Below, in pieces: positions 25,936-39,289 of a stretch of 64,000 bases of DNA. Under the pieces are notes generated by a model. The model saw nothing but the letters and a program-made list of their open reading frames with translations. It did not search any database and was not told the DNA's origin. The stretch lies in assembly GCA_013265495.1 (NCBI GenBank), contig MU058844.1, positions 13,352,184 through 13,416,183 on the forward strand, given 5' to 3'. The DNA comes from Vicugna vicugna (taxonomy: Eukaryota). The first letter of the stretch is position 1. Each line of letters opens with the position of its first letter. Both the position numbers and the translations under genes were made by a program.

Positions 25936-27616
25936 CTCCAACTGTTAAATAAAGGAGTGGAAAATATGTGTACCTGTCTGTGTACATTCTATTTACTTTC
26001 CTGTAGGCTTTGGTTCCCATGAAACAGATGCAGTGGGCTGAATGGCCGTGTTGGAAAGGAAGAAGTCGGGGACAGACCAAGGGATTGAGCGTCAGGCAGG
26101 ATGTTGTGTGTGTGTGTGTCTGTGTGTATGGAAAAACCCCAAGCTCATCAAAGACTTCTGGTTCGCTTTGGTATTTTACTTGCATAAGGAAATGTAAACA
26201 GAGGGCTCTGTTTGGGTTATGACTTTTGAAAGCTATCCTCCTATTTCAGGTATCAGGTTGTTTACAGTTTTGACATTGGCTTTCTCCCAGTGAGAGATCT
26301 AAACCCTCTCAGGTGCAACACTATAGTGTTTAGATTTTTACTCAGGATTCTGAGCCAGGACAAACAAACCAGGGGAATTAAATGGGGCCAACAGACTGGA
26401 CATGAAAATGGCCTCCTTCGTGGAAATAAAAAGCAGAGAGCTTCCTCTCTCCCAAATCCAGAGGCTGGTGTTCTCCCTATATTTCACTGTCACACGAGAA
26501 TTTGTGTGAGTTGCTTCAGAAGGTTACTGTACATAAACCCTGTGTTAAAGTGATTCCCTTGATCGCACATCTGCTGAATTCAGTGTCTGCAAACCACAAG
26601 CTGCAGGTATTCAGGATGTTTAAAGCATACAGATTTCACTTAGGTACACATTGATTGGAATTCATGGCATTGCTTTAGCTCCCTACCAACAAGTTTTATT
26701 AGGCAGCTTTGATTGTATGTGTAACCATTTTCCTCTCCTCTGTCTTCCATTCCGTGCTCCGCTTAACAAGATGAGATGAGATGAGATAAGATGAGATTTA
26801 TATAAGAAAGAGAATGTTATTTAAAGGCAAAGGGCTATGCCCATATCAGGATAATAGCATACTGATTTTCTTAGCTGCCTGTATTCACCTACAACTTGAT
26901 CACAAATGAAAAAGGCACTTGGCAAGAAGGTATTTAGAATCAAACCTTTTCCCCCCCTCTTTATAAACTTCATCTAGACAATCAAGCTAAGAGCACGTGG
27001 CTCATCGATTTTGATACTTGGTTCCTTTGGGTTTTCACTGCACCAAATTGGACTGTCTCACCTCTGATTTCATAGAATTTCAATTTTCACTCCATCTGAA
27101 GCCTGGCTCAGAAGTCAAAGTTCTGAAGTGTGAGATTACCATCTTATCTGAGCTGTGGGTTGTTGGCAATGTGTCTCAGAAGGGAAATAATACTTGCCCC
27201 ATTTTCACGGCTTTCCATGAATCATTGGATATAGTTCATTTGTTGTTTTATTCACTGAAAAAAAAATTTAATAAATCTATGTACTCTACCGTGGGCTCTC
27301 ATACCTCAGGGAAAGGAGGTTATTTTCTTAATTTTAATTATTTCTCATAGTTGCAAAAATGTTGAAGATAAAACAGATGAGATAGTAAAGTTTTAATGAA
27401 TCTCTTGGAGCAGAGACCCTAGATATTTGCTTTAAACATTGATTGAATTATTGAATTATGATCCAATATCCATGAATGATAGTCAGTCATTCACTCAAAA
27501 GGATTGAATTATGACTCAATAACAAATGTCCTGCAAATTAGTCAGGACCCACCAGACACAGCTCCAGGTTGAGAAGCCTTCTGAGAATACTCATTGAGAT
27601 TCAGAATTTGTGCTCC

Positions 27617-27921
27617 ATTTTTAAAAATTTTTATTGAAGTATAGTTGATTTACAATGTTGTGTTAATTTCTTGTGTACAACATAGTGATTCAGTCATACA
27701 TATATATTTAATTACATAATATATTATATATATATATGTATTCTTTTACATTATAGGTTATTGCAAGATATTGACTATAGCTCCCTGGGCTATACCATAG
27801 GACCTTGTTATTTATCTATTTTATACATAGTAGTTTGTACCTGCTAATCCCAAACTCCTAACTTATCCCTCCTGTACTTCCCCTTTGGTAACCATAAGTT
27901 TGTTTTCTATGTATGTGAGTC
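27617..27921 (-). mobile_element. Cetartiodactyl L1 3' UTR fragment
   Basis: ttttattgaagtatagttgatttacaatgttgtgttaatttc...ccctttggtaaccataagtttgttttctatg. Confidence 0.9.
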
Positions 27922-28479
27922 AGTCTCTGATATCATATATACGTGAAATATTGAAAAATGAGACAAATGTGGTCCCTTCTTAATTGAGCCATGTGTGGAT
28001 TCCATACAGGGGCTGTAATAAAAACTGAATTAGCAGTTTCTCTAAAACACTGGGGCACAGGTAGCCCTCCTTTGGAGATCCTTTTGAATGGAATAATGCA
28101 AAGGGGAAAGATGGGTTCTTCCCACTTCTCTGGAGACCATGACTGTGGCATGTGAGGGTGTCAGTGTGTTGGTGGCAACGCCAAAAGGTGACTGCAGGGC
28201 CTACAGAGCAGCAACCATGCCTGGTGGGGAAGAGGACTTGTGGACCACCATGGGGTAGAGGTGGGGTCAGGGAGACTTTCTGGGGTCAGTTTGTGGGCAA
28301 GAACCAGTGCAACTTGTGTCATTATCATTAATGTGACCATAGATTGATAGAGTGCTGGGAAATTTAGGTTGTATATAAAACCAGAAATTAGAAGGGGAGG
28401 TAAAAAGAAAATAAATGATGGAAGAATAAAAAGACCTTTTTTTCTTGCTCCAGTCAACTGTTTTTAACTACTCATGAAC

Positions 28480-29230
28480 ACAGCCATCTGGATATTCCAT
28501 AGGCATCTACATTTACCATGTTACAAACCAAATTCACTGTTTCTTCTCTTTCCCACAAGACATCCCCAGGTTTTGTTCTTTTATTTCTGTAAATGGCATC
28601 TTTATTCTTCAAGACATCCAGATTTGAAAACGAGTACATTCTGACTTTTTCTTTCATACCAAACATCCAATCAGTTGATCAATCTTGTAGATATTACCTC
28701 TGAAACCTCATTTATGTGAATCTTTTCCACTCTATTACCATGGTGCTGCTTGAGATGAGCCTTCATTTTCACTTGCTTTCCCATTATAAATAGTTTCCTA
28801 ATTTGTCTCTGCTGCCTTCTGTTGCTTGGCTCTTCTATCCACAATGTTTACCAATGTACACATCCCTTGTCATGTCACTCTCCAGCTTGTCAACCTTCAG
28901 AGAGGTCTCGTTTCAATGGATTAAACACAGACTCCTTACTCACATCCAAAGCCCATAAAAATAGGCTTCAGTCTGCCTTTCTGAGTGTATCTCCAGTCAC
29001 TACTGCTGACAACCTCTGTTCCAGTCATACCTTGAATATACCCTACGCTCTTCTCTCTTAGAGTTACTTTTCATAATTTTATTTATCCTTTTATGATCTA
29101 CTTTCAATATCATTTCATTCATGAAATCTCTTCCAACCCGTAACCCCAACCAGATATGAGCCTTCTGACTCCCTAGTATACTACTTTATCTTGATATTAT
29201 AGAGTATGTTTCTCTACTAGTATCGTTACT
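28480..29230 (+). mobile_element. L2 fragment
   Basis: tctgtaaatggcatc, aacatccaatcagttgatcaatcttgtagat, aatagtttcctaatttgtctct. Confidence 0.7.
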
Positions 29231-29274
29231 ATTTGTACACTTATCTTTGCTGCCGTGTTGTACATCTGTGATAT

Positions 29275-29478
29275 TCCTGGCATTATGCTACGTTTTTAAT
29301 TTACATGATCTCATTTAAACGTTCAGACTTCACATCAATCCTATAAACTGCATAGAACCTCCATTTTAGCATTAAGGAAACTGAGTTTGAATAACTTGCT
29401 CAAGGGCAAATGCTAGATTCAAATCCAGATTCAATTTCACACCAAAACACATGTTTTCTCTATTAGACTATGCTGCCT
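29275..29478 (-). mobile_element. MIR
   Basis: atctcatttaa...ctccattttagcattaaggaaactgag...aacttgctcaagg...ctatgctgcct. Confidence 0.75.
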
Positions 29479-29559
29479 TTTATGGTCGAGGGCTCTCTGG
29501 TACTTACATGTGTGCCTGCTGTAATTCCCAAAACACCGAGAGTGACTTGTATGTCGTGG

Positions 29560-29791
29560 ACGTGGAAGAATGTGGTTTGGGAGACGCTGGCAGATACTTT
29601 GTACCATGTGAAGACTGAGATTAAAGCTGAGAACGTCACTGAACCAAGAAATGGAGAGATCAAGTTTTGGTGACATTACTTGAGTATCTGCATCAACTCA
29701 GTTCTATCTTCTAAATGTTTAGGTTACGTGAGCTGGTACAGTTCAGGATGAGTTGGATTTTGTTTGGTAATTGAAAGTTACTAAAGTGACA
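29560..29791 (+). mobile_element. Degenerate MaLR/ERVL LTR 3' part
   Basis: gaaatggagaga...tggtgacattacttgag...gttacgtgagc...gagttggattttg; old MLT1-like pattern. Confidence 0.45.
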
Positions 29792-29802
29792 GAGCAGGAG
29801 AA

Positions 29803-29840
29803 TGGGCCTTGGTTTCAGCAGTGGGCCTTGGTTTCAGCAG
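29803..29840. repeat. Perfect 19-bp tandem duplication
   Basis: TGGGCCTTGGTTTCAGCAG x2. Confidence 0.95.
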
Positions 29841-30199
29841 AATATTTATTAAAATAGGCTCATGGACAAGAGGGTGATATATAGTACTCAAATTATCTTT
29901 ATGAAGACATAGAAGACTGGGAAAAATTCTGTATTTGTATTTCGTAAGTTTTATAGTTAGGAGAAAATATAAATGAGCAAATATGAACTCTGACAGCTCT
30001 TCAAGATAATGCTTTTACATTGGATACCCGAATTCTAGCACTGCCTCCAGCACGATTGTGGATGATGCAAAGGGAAAACGTGGGAGCATCCAGGGCAATG
30101 TTGTAAATCAGCAAACAGGAGACAGCATGTATCTGACACCAGACAGGAAAGGGTAAGGGCAGGCAGCCGAGACCAATAAATACCCACAGGCAGCACTAG

Positions 30200-30410
30200 C
30201 ATTAAAAGTGCTCAGATGTAGGTTCAAATCCTACCCTTGTCAAGAAGTAACTGTGTGACCTAAAAAAAATTACTTTCACATCAGATCTTTTGTTTCTCCG
30301 CCACAAAAATGGAGATAGTGATACCTACCAACTGGGTTGTTTCAAGGAATAAGTGAGATAACCTCTGTGAAAGCATTAGGCACAGAGTGGATGTTCAATA
30401 CATATGATTT
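30200..30410 (+). mobile_element. MIR
   Basis: ggttcaaatcct...ctgtgtgacct...aaaatggagatagtgatacctacc...gtgaaagcattaggcacag. Confidence 0.8.
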
Positions 30411-31075
30411 GTTTTAAAGTATATCGATTACTAGGAATTGGGTTATAATTTACTGGGAACAGGGAGGAAACAGCAAGGACCAGCAAGACAGGGGAGTGGA
30501 AACAGTCATGAGGAGAAATAAGTGATTCTGGACAACTTGATCTTTTTCATCCAGGAATGACTTATCCCTAAAACATCTTAAATGCTCAGCTTCATACCTC
30601 ACAGAAGGAAGAAACAAGGGTAATACAATCGAACGTACCAAAGATAAATATTAAGTTCCACATTAAAATTGTATCCAGGTAACTGTAGGACATAGTGAAT
30701 ATGATGGCTTAGTTCAACATCAGCTTGGTTACAGTCACAGAGTGATGCAGTGTGTAAAACCTCGGCATCCCTAGGGTGCTTTAATAGAAATAGAAGGTGC
30801 ATGGCACAGGAATGATAAAGTGGCATACGGTTTGACCAAGAGCAGTTGGGCTGAAAACAGTTTGATCCATGGCACCTTGTTTGACATAATGGTGTGGCTG
30901 AAATTGGTATTTCCTAGTCATGGATTTTTGGAACATTGGTCGTTTGGGCACTTAATTTTCAACCAGTTAATCTTACTCTGACTTGATTTTTATAGTAAAA
31001 AGTTGGAACAATCTCAGTATTAGTGTTTGAATTATTTATAGTTTTTAAGTACTTATTTTTTCTCATTATAAAAAA

Positions 31076-31174
31076 ATGCGAACTCCCCAAATGTTCATAG
31101 CAGCACTATTTACAATAGCCAAGACATGGAAGTAACCTAAATGTCCACTGACAAATGATTGGATAAAGAAAACA

Positions 31175-31224
<50 letters not shown>

Positions 31225-31665
31225 AATACTACTCAGCCATAAAAAAGAATGGAATAATGCCATTTGCAGCAACATGGGTGAACCTGCAGATTATCATACT
31301 AAGTGGAATAAGTCAGACAAAGAAAGAAATATATGATATCACTTATATGTGGAATCTAAAAAAAATGACACAAATGAACTTATTTACAAAACAGAAACAG
31401 ACTCAAATAGAAAACAAACTTATGGTTACAAAGGTGAAAGGGGAAAAGAGTCGGAGAGGGATAAATTAGAAGTTTGGCATTAGTAGGTACAAGCTACTGT
31501 ATGCAAAATAAATAATAAGGTCTTACTGTATAGTACAGGGAACTATATTCAATAACTTGTAATGACCTATTATGAAAAAGAATATATATATGTATAACTG
31601 AATCACTGTGCTGTACACCAGAACTAACCTAACATTGTAAATCAACTATACATCAATTTAAAAAA
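31076..31665 (+). mobile_element. 5'-truncated cetartiodactyl L1 (ORF2 end and 3' UTR)
   Basis: atgttcatagcagcactatttacaatagccaagacatggaag; peptide MPFAATWVNLQIIILS; ends acattgtaaatcaactatacatcaatttaaaaaa. Confidence 0.92.
31179..31222. repeat. (CA)22 microsatellite inside L1
   Basis: Read directly. Confidence 0.95.
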
Positions 31666-33044
31666 TTATTTTGTGAAAAAGCTTTTTTTTTTTAAAAAAA
31701 AAGGAAATTGAGAGTAAAGTAAAAAGATTCTCATTATAGAAAATTTAGAAAATACAGAGAAGCAAAAGAAGAACAACAAACATCATAATTTCACTATCCA
31801 AGGGAACCACTGATATTATCTTGGCTTAATAGCATTTCAGATTCTTTCCTCTGTATTGCATGTCTGATTAAGGCAGGTGGCAAACTCTCCACTACCAGAA
31901 GTTTTTAAGCAAAAGTATGAAAATCTGTCGGAGATAATTGTCATAGAAGGAGTTATTGTATGGGAGGAAGTTTGAATTTTATAACGTCTAAATTTTTTTC
32001 TACTTTAGGATTCTAAGAAAGAAATACAATAAATGTTATCAGAATGCTCACTTGTTTATTGCTCATTTATATTGCACTTATAAGGTTCAGCTGAAAAAGG
32101 ACTTCTGGAAATTCCAACTCTGATTATAAGCCATTCTGTTGTTTTCTGAAGTATTGGCTCCAATGCCTATATTTGATTTCTGTGCTTGAGTAAACCCACC
32201 CACATGCCAGACTGAACCCCAGCGCGTTTGACATTTTCCCTTTTGAACAGCATCCAGCATAATGTAGCTTACTGGAAAAAATCTACACAGTATGACTCAG
32301 CCAGTCATGCAAGCCTTTTTTTCCTGTGGAATTCATTACTTTTTTCCCCTCAAAATGAAAATGGACCACATTATTTAAGGATAAACAAATATGAAAGTGT
32401 TTCCAGCAACATCTTTTCATCCACTTGGCTGCAGAAGATTAACTTAAAATTCTTGGCTAAGATCTTGCTTCGTACCTAAATGTTTCAGTAAATACAGTTT
32501 TATTGAAACAGAACAGAACTTTTCAAATTCTCTGACTGGAAATAGAGAATGAAGCCCCCTTTCCCAAGAGGAGAAGCCATGCTTTCCTTTTACTTAAGAT
32601 GTCCCTAAATTATCTCACATAGTATGCATTTAATGCTCTCTAAATCAAACTATGTATGTGAACAGAACTATGCCTATGAAAAGTCTTGTAATCTAAATGA
32701 ACTATCAAGATCTGGATTTTTCTTCCTTCCCCTTCCTTAATTTTCTGGTGAATTCCAGGAAAACTTCCCAAATGAGCACATATATTATCAATCCTCATCA
32801 TTGGAAATCTCTTGTTTTTCAGGAGTTGTATTTTTGCTGTGTTTTTAGAATTTTCAGTGGAGTTTGATTAGATGCGCTTGCACGTTTGAGACGTTCTTTA
32901 GGTGGGAGGCTTTTGCAACTAGGCAAGCAATTCTAGAAGCTATTATCTGCTATCATAATGTTGACCATATAAAAATTGAAATACAAACTGAGAAAATAGG
33001 AGTAGAGGAAGAAGTAAGTGACAGATCATTTGATCAGTAAACAA

Positions 33045-33285
33045 TAACAACTATAGCTAAAGGTGTTGAGGATTCACTGTTACATGTGTTGGAATCTAGG
33101 TGAGGTGGTTTATACTCACTTCCTTTATAGCAACCCTACAAATAAGCATTATCATCTCCATTTTACAGATGAATAAACTGAGGCTCAGAAGAGTGAAAAG
33201 GGTCTTATAACTGTTGGCAAAACTGAGATTTATGATTTGTCCCACAATAAAGCTTATTTTCTTCTCACTACATCATACTGTCTCA
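33045..33285 (-). mobile_element. MIR
   Basis: attatcatctccattttacagatgaataaactgaggctcaga. Confidence 0.85.
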
Positions 33286-33849
33286 GATATGGTGTAAATA
33301 TAATAAAAAAAGAATAAAAGAGGTGAAAGATACTAAGTAGAAATAAAATGTATTTATTTTTTATTTGAATGGATTTATTTGAACTTATGTACAAAATTCA
33401 TGATAGCAAAAAAAAAAAAAAAGGGTTGAACAAGCAAAATGGAGCCAGTCTAGGATTGAAAAATCACCTTCCATCTTGGAGGGTGAATGACAAGGTGCTA
33501 AGGCTGAACGCTGCAGTCACCTGCTTGAGTCTCTCCCTCTAATTCCTATAGCTGATCATCTGTTTTCCTCCCTAAAAAAACCTCTTGAATATGCTCGTCT
33601 TTGATGGGGTCTTCAACACCACCCATACCTATGGTGACACTTGTGAGAATAACAAAATGTTACCTTTGTTAGCAAAATGTCTGGCTCATGAATAAGAAAG
33701 AGTCCCCTTCCTCCCTGGGCTGGCCCACAGTACTTGGCCAGCAGGCCACAGGCTGATTTTCAGCAACCACTCACCTCTTGGGAAAGTGCTTTGTGCAGGG
33801 CATAACCTGTATGGCCTCTGTGATGGCCTTGGCTTTGTTCTTTTTTCAT

Positions 33850-34480
33850 CTCCATTATCTTCCCCATGTTCAAGTCACTATCAGTTTCTTCCTCAGATAT
33901 TTCTCTTAATTCTTCTTCCCTACCCCCAGTCTTCCCCTCCTTCAGTGCTTTCTCTGCACAGCAGCTAATTTGCTTTCTGAAGCACAACCATGGTAATGTC
34001 ACCCCACCAATAACACTATAATACATCCCCTTTGTCTTCATTATGTCTGGACTTTCTAGAATAGCAAACACACCTTTCTTTACCTGACTCTGTGGCCTTT
34101 CTCCTTCCTTCTCTTACCACTCCCTTTGTGCCTTCTACTCTCCCAGAGTTCAGATAGATCACAATGCCTCATCTCTGTTATGGTTGAGCCTTGAATATGC
34201 TTTTTACTCCCAACTTTGGGTCCTTTATCTGGCAGATTTCTACTTGTCCTTCAGAGATCAACTCAGACATCATCTCTGGGAAGGCTTTCTGACCTCAACA
34301 GCCTGAACTAGGTGGTCCTCTGGTTCCTTTATTCACTCTGAATTGTAGCACTTAAAATGTTGTGTTGCAGTTGTCTGCCTCTGCATCCGCCCTTTCCAGA
34401 AGGTAGCCAAATTCTCCAGGACAGGAGCAATATCTTATTCATTCTTGTAGCCCAGAGACCTACTGTAGTACTTGACTCAG
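33850..34480 (+). mobile_element. L2 fragment
   Basis: ctacttgtccttcagagatcaactcagacatcatctctgggaaggctttctgacc...ctccaggacaggagc. Confidence 0.7.
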
Positions 34481-35369
34481 CTGTCAGCTGGAAGCATAAT
34501 CTGCTTTTGGGTGGATGCAAAATCATTCAGTTAGCCATTCCAGAAAATGTGAAGATAAGGATGGAGGAAGAAGAGTGAGAAGGCAACCATTTTCTGGCCT
34601 AAAGATGTTCAATGCTTCTGTGACAACTTCCCTGGAAGATTCTCTATTCATGAACTTCTGGAATGGAATTGGAATTTGAACTATTTTCTTACACCTGCTT
34701 CAGTGGTGTAAAGTGACTCTAAAGGAATGTATCAATTAAGCAAAGAGCAAGTCACTAGAAATAGCTCTGACAGTGTCATTCCAAAAGGGTCTGCATTTGG
34801 AAAATGAATGAAATCTGAATGGCTCTTTTTAGTATTTCATAGGGCCATAAAGTCAGAGACCAGTTGCTAGGGGAAAGCCTGCAGGTGGAGTGTTGTTGAT
34901 ACTTAAAACACTGAATTTGGGAATTTTCAAACATTCCTTTTAGTGGAAGAATTATTGCCCACAGCAGAATACTGGATCCCTGTGGTGATTCATTTAGCTC
35001 TCCAGAACCAGAAGATGCCTTTTTTTTTTTTTCTGGCGGGAGGGAGGGCTTAGGAATAAGGACCTAAGTGGAAACAGTCCACTCAAATCCCTTATGATTC
35101 CCTCTTCATATCTGAGCCCCCAGGATAATCTTCCTGCTCTCATCATGTTTAAAACCTACCCTCCGTCCTTCTAAGGGAAGAAATCAGCAGCCATGAAACT
35201 GAACAAAAGTAACTGACTCTTGTCCCCGTTCTTCAAAGACGATGCCAACAACATGGCACGTGGGGTGATGGAGGGTTTTAGTGCCTGTTATGGTACTTTC
35301 TGTTTTTCCTTTGCATCTCATAACTTGCAGTTCTTTTCCTTTTTTACCATGTGTGTTTTCTCCCTAGAA

Positions 35370-35699
35370 TAAGACTTAGCAAACTTTTTCTGTGAAGGGC
35401 CAAATAATGAATACTTTTAGGGTTTGTTAGTCATAAGTCTCTGTTGTAGCTACTCAACTCTGCTGTCCCAGTGCAAAAGTAGCTGTAGACAATACGTAAA
35501 TAAATGAGCATAGTGCATTCCAATAAATTTGTATGTACGGACCCTGAAAATGAAACTTCATATAATTTTCTGTGTTGTCAAGTATTTTTATTTTTTCCTC
35601 AATCATTTAGAAATGTACAAACCATCCTTATTTTGCAGACCATATAAAAACAGGTGGTGAGCCAGGCAAGGCCTGTGGGCTGTAATTTATTGGTCCCTG
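35370..35699. mobile_element. MER58B (near full length)
   Basis: gcaaactttttctgtgaagggcc...tactcaactctgc...cttcatataattttc...aaaaacaggtgg...ccctg. Confidence 0.85.
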
Positions 35700-35748
35700 T
35701 AATTGAGTGTCAACTGGGGACAACAGGGTCAGATTTGTGTTTTCAGCC

Positions 35749-35892
35749 AGTGTGTCTCCAAATATGCATATGAATCACTTGGGGGTTCTGTTAAAATGCA
35801 GATTCTGTTGTGAGAGTCTATATTTCTAAGCAGCTCCCAGGTGACACTTTGGCAGCACTATTTGATCTACGGACCACACCTGGAGTAGCAAG
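35749..35892. mobile_element. MER5A1-like MITE within an antisense L2
   Basis: gaatcacttgggg...ttaaaatgcagattctg...agctcccaggtga...ggaccacacctggagtagcaag. Confidence 0.75.
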
Positions 35893-36771
35893 ACTTTCAA
35901 AGAACCCAGGTTGGATCCATCCATGGAAGAGATCCTGGACTAAAGAGCAAGTGGGTGAGGGTAGAGGGGAGAGTGGTAAACATCAGTTAGGAGTCTTTTG
36001 GGAGTTTGACTCAGCAGGCCTTGATTGCTGGGAGGAAGTGAGAGCTGAGAGGGAATGAGAAGTTAAAGATGATTTCAAGGTTTTGTTGGTTAGTGGTGCT
36101 TTTAGCAGAGATCTCAGTTATCCATGCAAACCAGGTACAGACTAGTGCTAAGTTTCTACTGAATAAATAGAAAGGCTAGGAAAAGAGCTGGTTGGGTTGG
36201 AAGAATATGTTAAAGGAACAATAATGACCTCAATCCACGGTAGTTTGAATTTGATTTTGCAGAAAAAAGGAAAGATAGCGAAAGCAGATGATACTTTAAA
36301 GGCAGAATGCTGTGTGGCACCTGCTGGCCTGGGAGTGGGCTGTTGTCCATCAGCTGAGAGCTAAACCTGGACCAGTAGCACTTCTGGCCGGGAAGAGCAG
36401 AAACTGCACTGAAAGCATCCTTTTCTTAATGACTAAAAATGGCTGGAATTGTTTGTTGCCTTGCAAGTGTTCTCATATAAATGTTTAACTTCATTCTTTT
36501 TTTATAATAGGACTTTAATTACAAAAAGCCATTGAAGAGTCAGAATTTGCTTGCAGACATTTTAAAGCTCTGGCCTAGGAATCAGCTCAGTGTGAAAATT
36601 ATACCATAAAGCCTGTTGTCTCAGGTTTCATCCTCCCTTATGTCCAATTTAGTTTGTTCTTCTACTGAAGACACTAAATATCTTTCATACATTAAAGGAA
36701 TTGCTTCTTTACATGATGGTATGTAGTGCTTCCTCAGCTGAACAAGTTTTCTTTCCTACTTTTTTTCCCTA

Positions 36772-38310
36772 AATTATCTCTCCCTCCCACCCCATCCCTT
36801 GCTTTCTCCTTTGGTGACCATACATTTATTTTCTATGTCTATGAGTCTATTTCTGTTTTGTAAGTAAATTCCTTGTATTATTTTTTAGATCCTGCATAAA
36901 AGTGGTATTATATGATATTTGTCTTTCTCTGACTTTACTTAGTATCTCTAGGTCCATCCATGTTGCTGTAAATGGCATTATTTCATTCTTTTTAATGGCT
37001 GAGTAATATTGCCTTGTGTGTGTGTACGTGTGTACACACCATATCTTCTTTATCCAGTCATCTGTTGATGGATGTTTAGGTTGCTTCTATGTCTTGGCTA
37101 TTGTAAATAGTGCTGCTGTGAACATTGGGGTGCATGTATCTTTTTGAATTAGAGTTTTCTCTGGATATATGCCCAGGAATGGGATGCAGAATTATATGGT
37201 AACTCTACTTTTGTTTTGTAAGAAACTTCCATACTGTCCTCCATAGTGGCTGCACCAATTTACATTCCCACTAACAGTGTAGGAAGGTTCCCTTTTCTCC
37301 GCCCCCTCTCCAGCATTTATTACTTGTAGACTTTTTAATGATGGTCATTCTGACTGATGTGCGGTGATAACCTCATTGTAGTTTTGATTTGCATTTCTCT
37401 AATAATTAGTGATGTTACGCATCTTTTCACATGTCTGTTGGCTATCTGTATTTCTTTTCAGAGAAATGTCTGTTTAGGTCTTCGGCTCATTTTTTGGTTG
37501 GGTTCTTTGTTTCTTGACATTAAGTTATTTGAGCTGTTTGTATATTTTGGAAATTAACCCCTTGTTGGTCTTATGGTTTGCAAATATTTTCTCCCAGTAT
37601 GTAGTGTTTTCATTTTGTTTATGGTTTCCTTTGCTGTGCAAAAACTTTTAAATTTAATTAGGTCCCATTTGTTTTTACTTCCATTACTCTAAGAGGTGGA
37701 TCCAAACAACTATTGCTGAAATTTGTGTCAAACAGTGTTCTGCCTAGGTTTTCCTCTAGGAGTTTTAGCATATCCAGTCTTATACTTAGGTCTTTAATCC
37801 ATTTTGAGTTTATTTTTGTATATGGTGTTAGAGAATGTTCTAATTTCATTCTTCTACATGTAGCTGTCCAGTTCTCCCAGCACCACTTAGTGAAGAGACT
37901 GTCTTTTCTCCATTGTACATTCTTACCTCCTATGTCATAGATTAATTGACCATAAGTGTGTGGGTTTATTTCTGAGCTTTCTATTCTATTCCATTGATGT
38001 GTATGTCATTTTTGCAGCAGGGACAACTATTTTGATTGCTATAGTTTTGTAGCATAGTCTGAAGTCAGGAGGCATGATTTCCTCCAGCTCTGTTCTTTCA
38101 CAAGATTGTTTTGGCTATTTGGGGTCTTTTGTGTTTCTACACAAGTTAAAAAATTTTTGTTCCAGTTCTGTGAAAAATGCCACTGGTAATTTGATAGGGA
38201 TTGCATTGACTCTACAGATTGCCTTGGGTAGTCTGGTCATTTTAACAATATTAATTCTTCCAATCCGAGAACACAATATATCTTTCCATCTGTTTGTGTC
38301 ACCTTCATTT
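36772..38310 (-). mobile_element. Cetartiodactyl L1 fragment with decayed ORF2 C-terminal region
   Basis: Minus-strand peptides [21 protein letters not shown]...PKAI...NAIPIKLP and [21 protein letters not shown] match L1 ORF2p; the frame is broken. Confidence 0.95.
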
Positions 38311-38479
38311 CTTACCATTTTCGGATTACAACTCTTTTGTCCTGGCTTTTTTTAAAACCCACTTTTACCTTTGTAAACTCTGATTAAAAAGGATCTGTCT
38401 GAATTTGCTGGTGATCTATTTGTCATTGGCCAAAAAAAAAAAAAAATTCCCAAACACACCCAGGGATATTTAATCAACA

Positions 38480-38940
38480 ACCTCATAATTCTGTCTCTAG
38501 TTTCTCCTTCTCCTAATTCACTTTACATTGTTGCCTGTTAATATCTGTGAAGCATATCCTCAATGCTATTACCTTCTTGTTCAATAAACTTAAATTACTC
38601 TCTGTGGTCTACAAATGAAGTCCAGACTCTTCAGTCTGCTTTTCAGTTTGTGCCGCTGTCTGATTTTCATTTACATTTCTAACAGATTTCCTGTTACTCA
38701 CGTTCACCCACCCCACCCGATGACCACATCAAGCTCACTGCCTCCTCACGGGTCCTGCCCTTTCTTGCCTCTGAGCTATTGCGTATGCTGTTCTGCCCAC
38801 CCCCACTCTCCCCACTCATCTGAACCCTGTGGTCCTGTGAGGTCCGGGTTAGACTCTCCCTTCTCCATGAAGCCTTTCTGATTTCTAAGTTGAAAATAAT
38901 ATTCGCCTTATTTTTGGAATTTCCAAATCTCTTTATTTGT
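38480..38940 (+). mobile_element. L2 fragment
   Basis: aaatgaagtccagactcttcagtctg...gctgttctgcc...cttctccatgaagcctttctga. Confidence 0.65.
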
Positions 38941-39289
38941 GCATCAGGGTATAGCAGAAAGAATATGGGTCTCTAGAATATAAGCTCAACCAGGACTTTT
39001 AGTCCATTTTATTCATTCATTCATTCAGGGCCTAGCAAGTGCTTATTAGCACACAGCAGGTGCTGAAGAAATATTTATTGAATGAATGAATGAATGAGTG
39101 AGTGAATAAATAAAGGTATGTGTTTTCTTAAATTCAGTGGTATCATGTGTGAATGCCTAGGACAAAGTAGGTGCTTAATATGTTAGCTTCCTTTCCCTTT
39201 ATTCTCTTTTTTTTTAAATGGAAGTTATGAATTTCAAATATATCTATTTCTACAGTGCCTGGGATCTAGTGGGAGGGGGGAAGAGAAGA

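Noticed and set aside
33315..33435. Poly(A) run as a retrocopy tail
   Set aside because: Flank similarity is weak and low-complexity; no credible TSD.
37658..38318. L1 ORF2-like peptides as a functional CDS
   Set aside because: Broken frames within a truncated L1; recorded as a mobile element.
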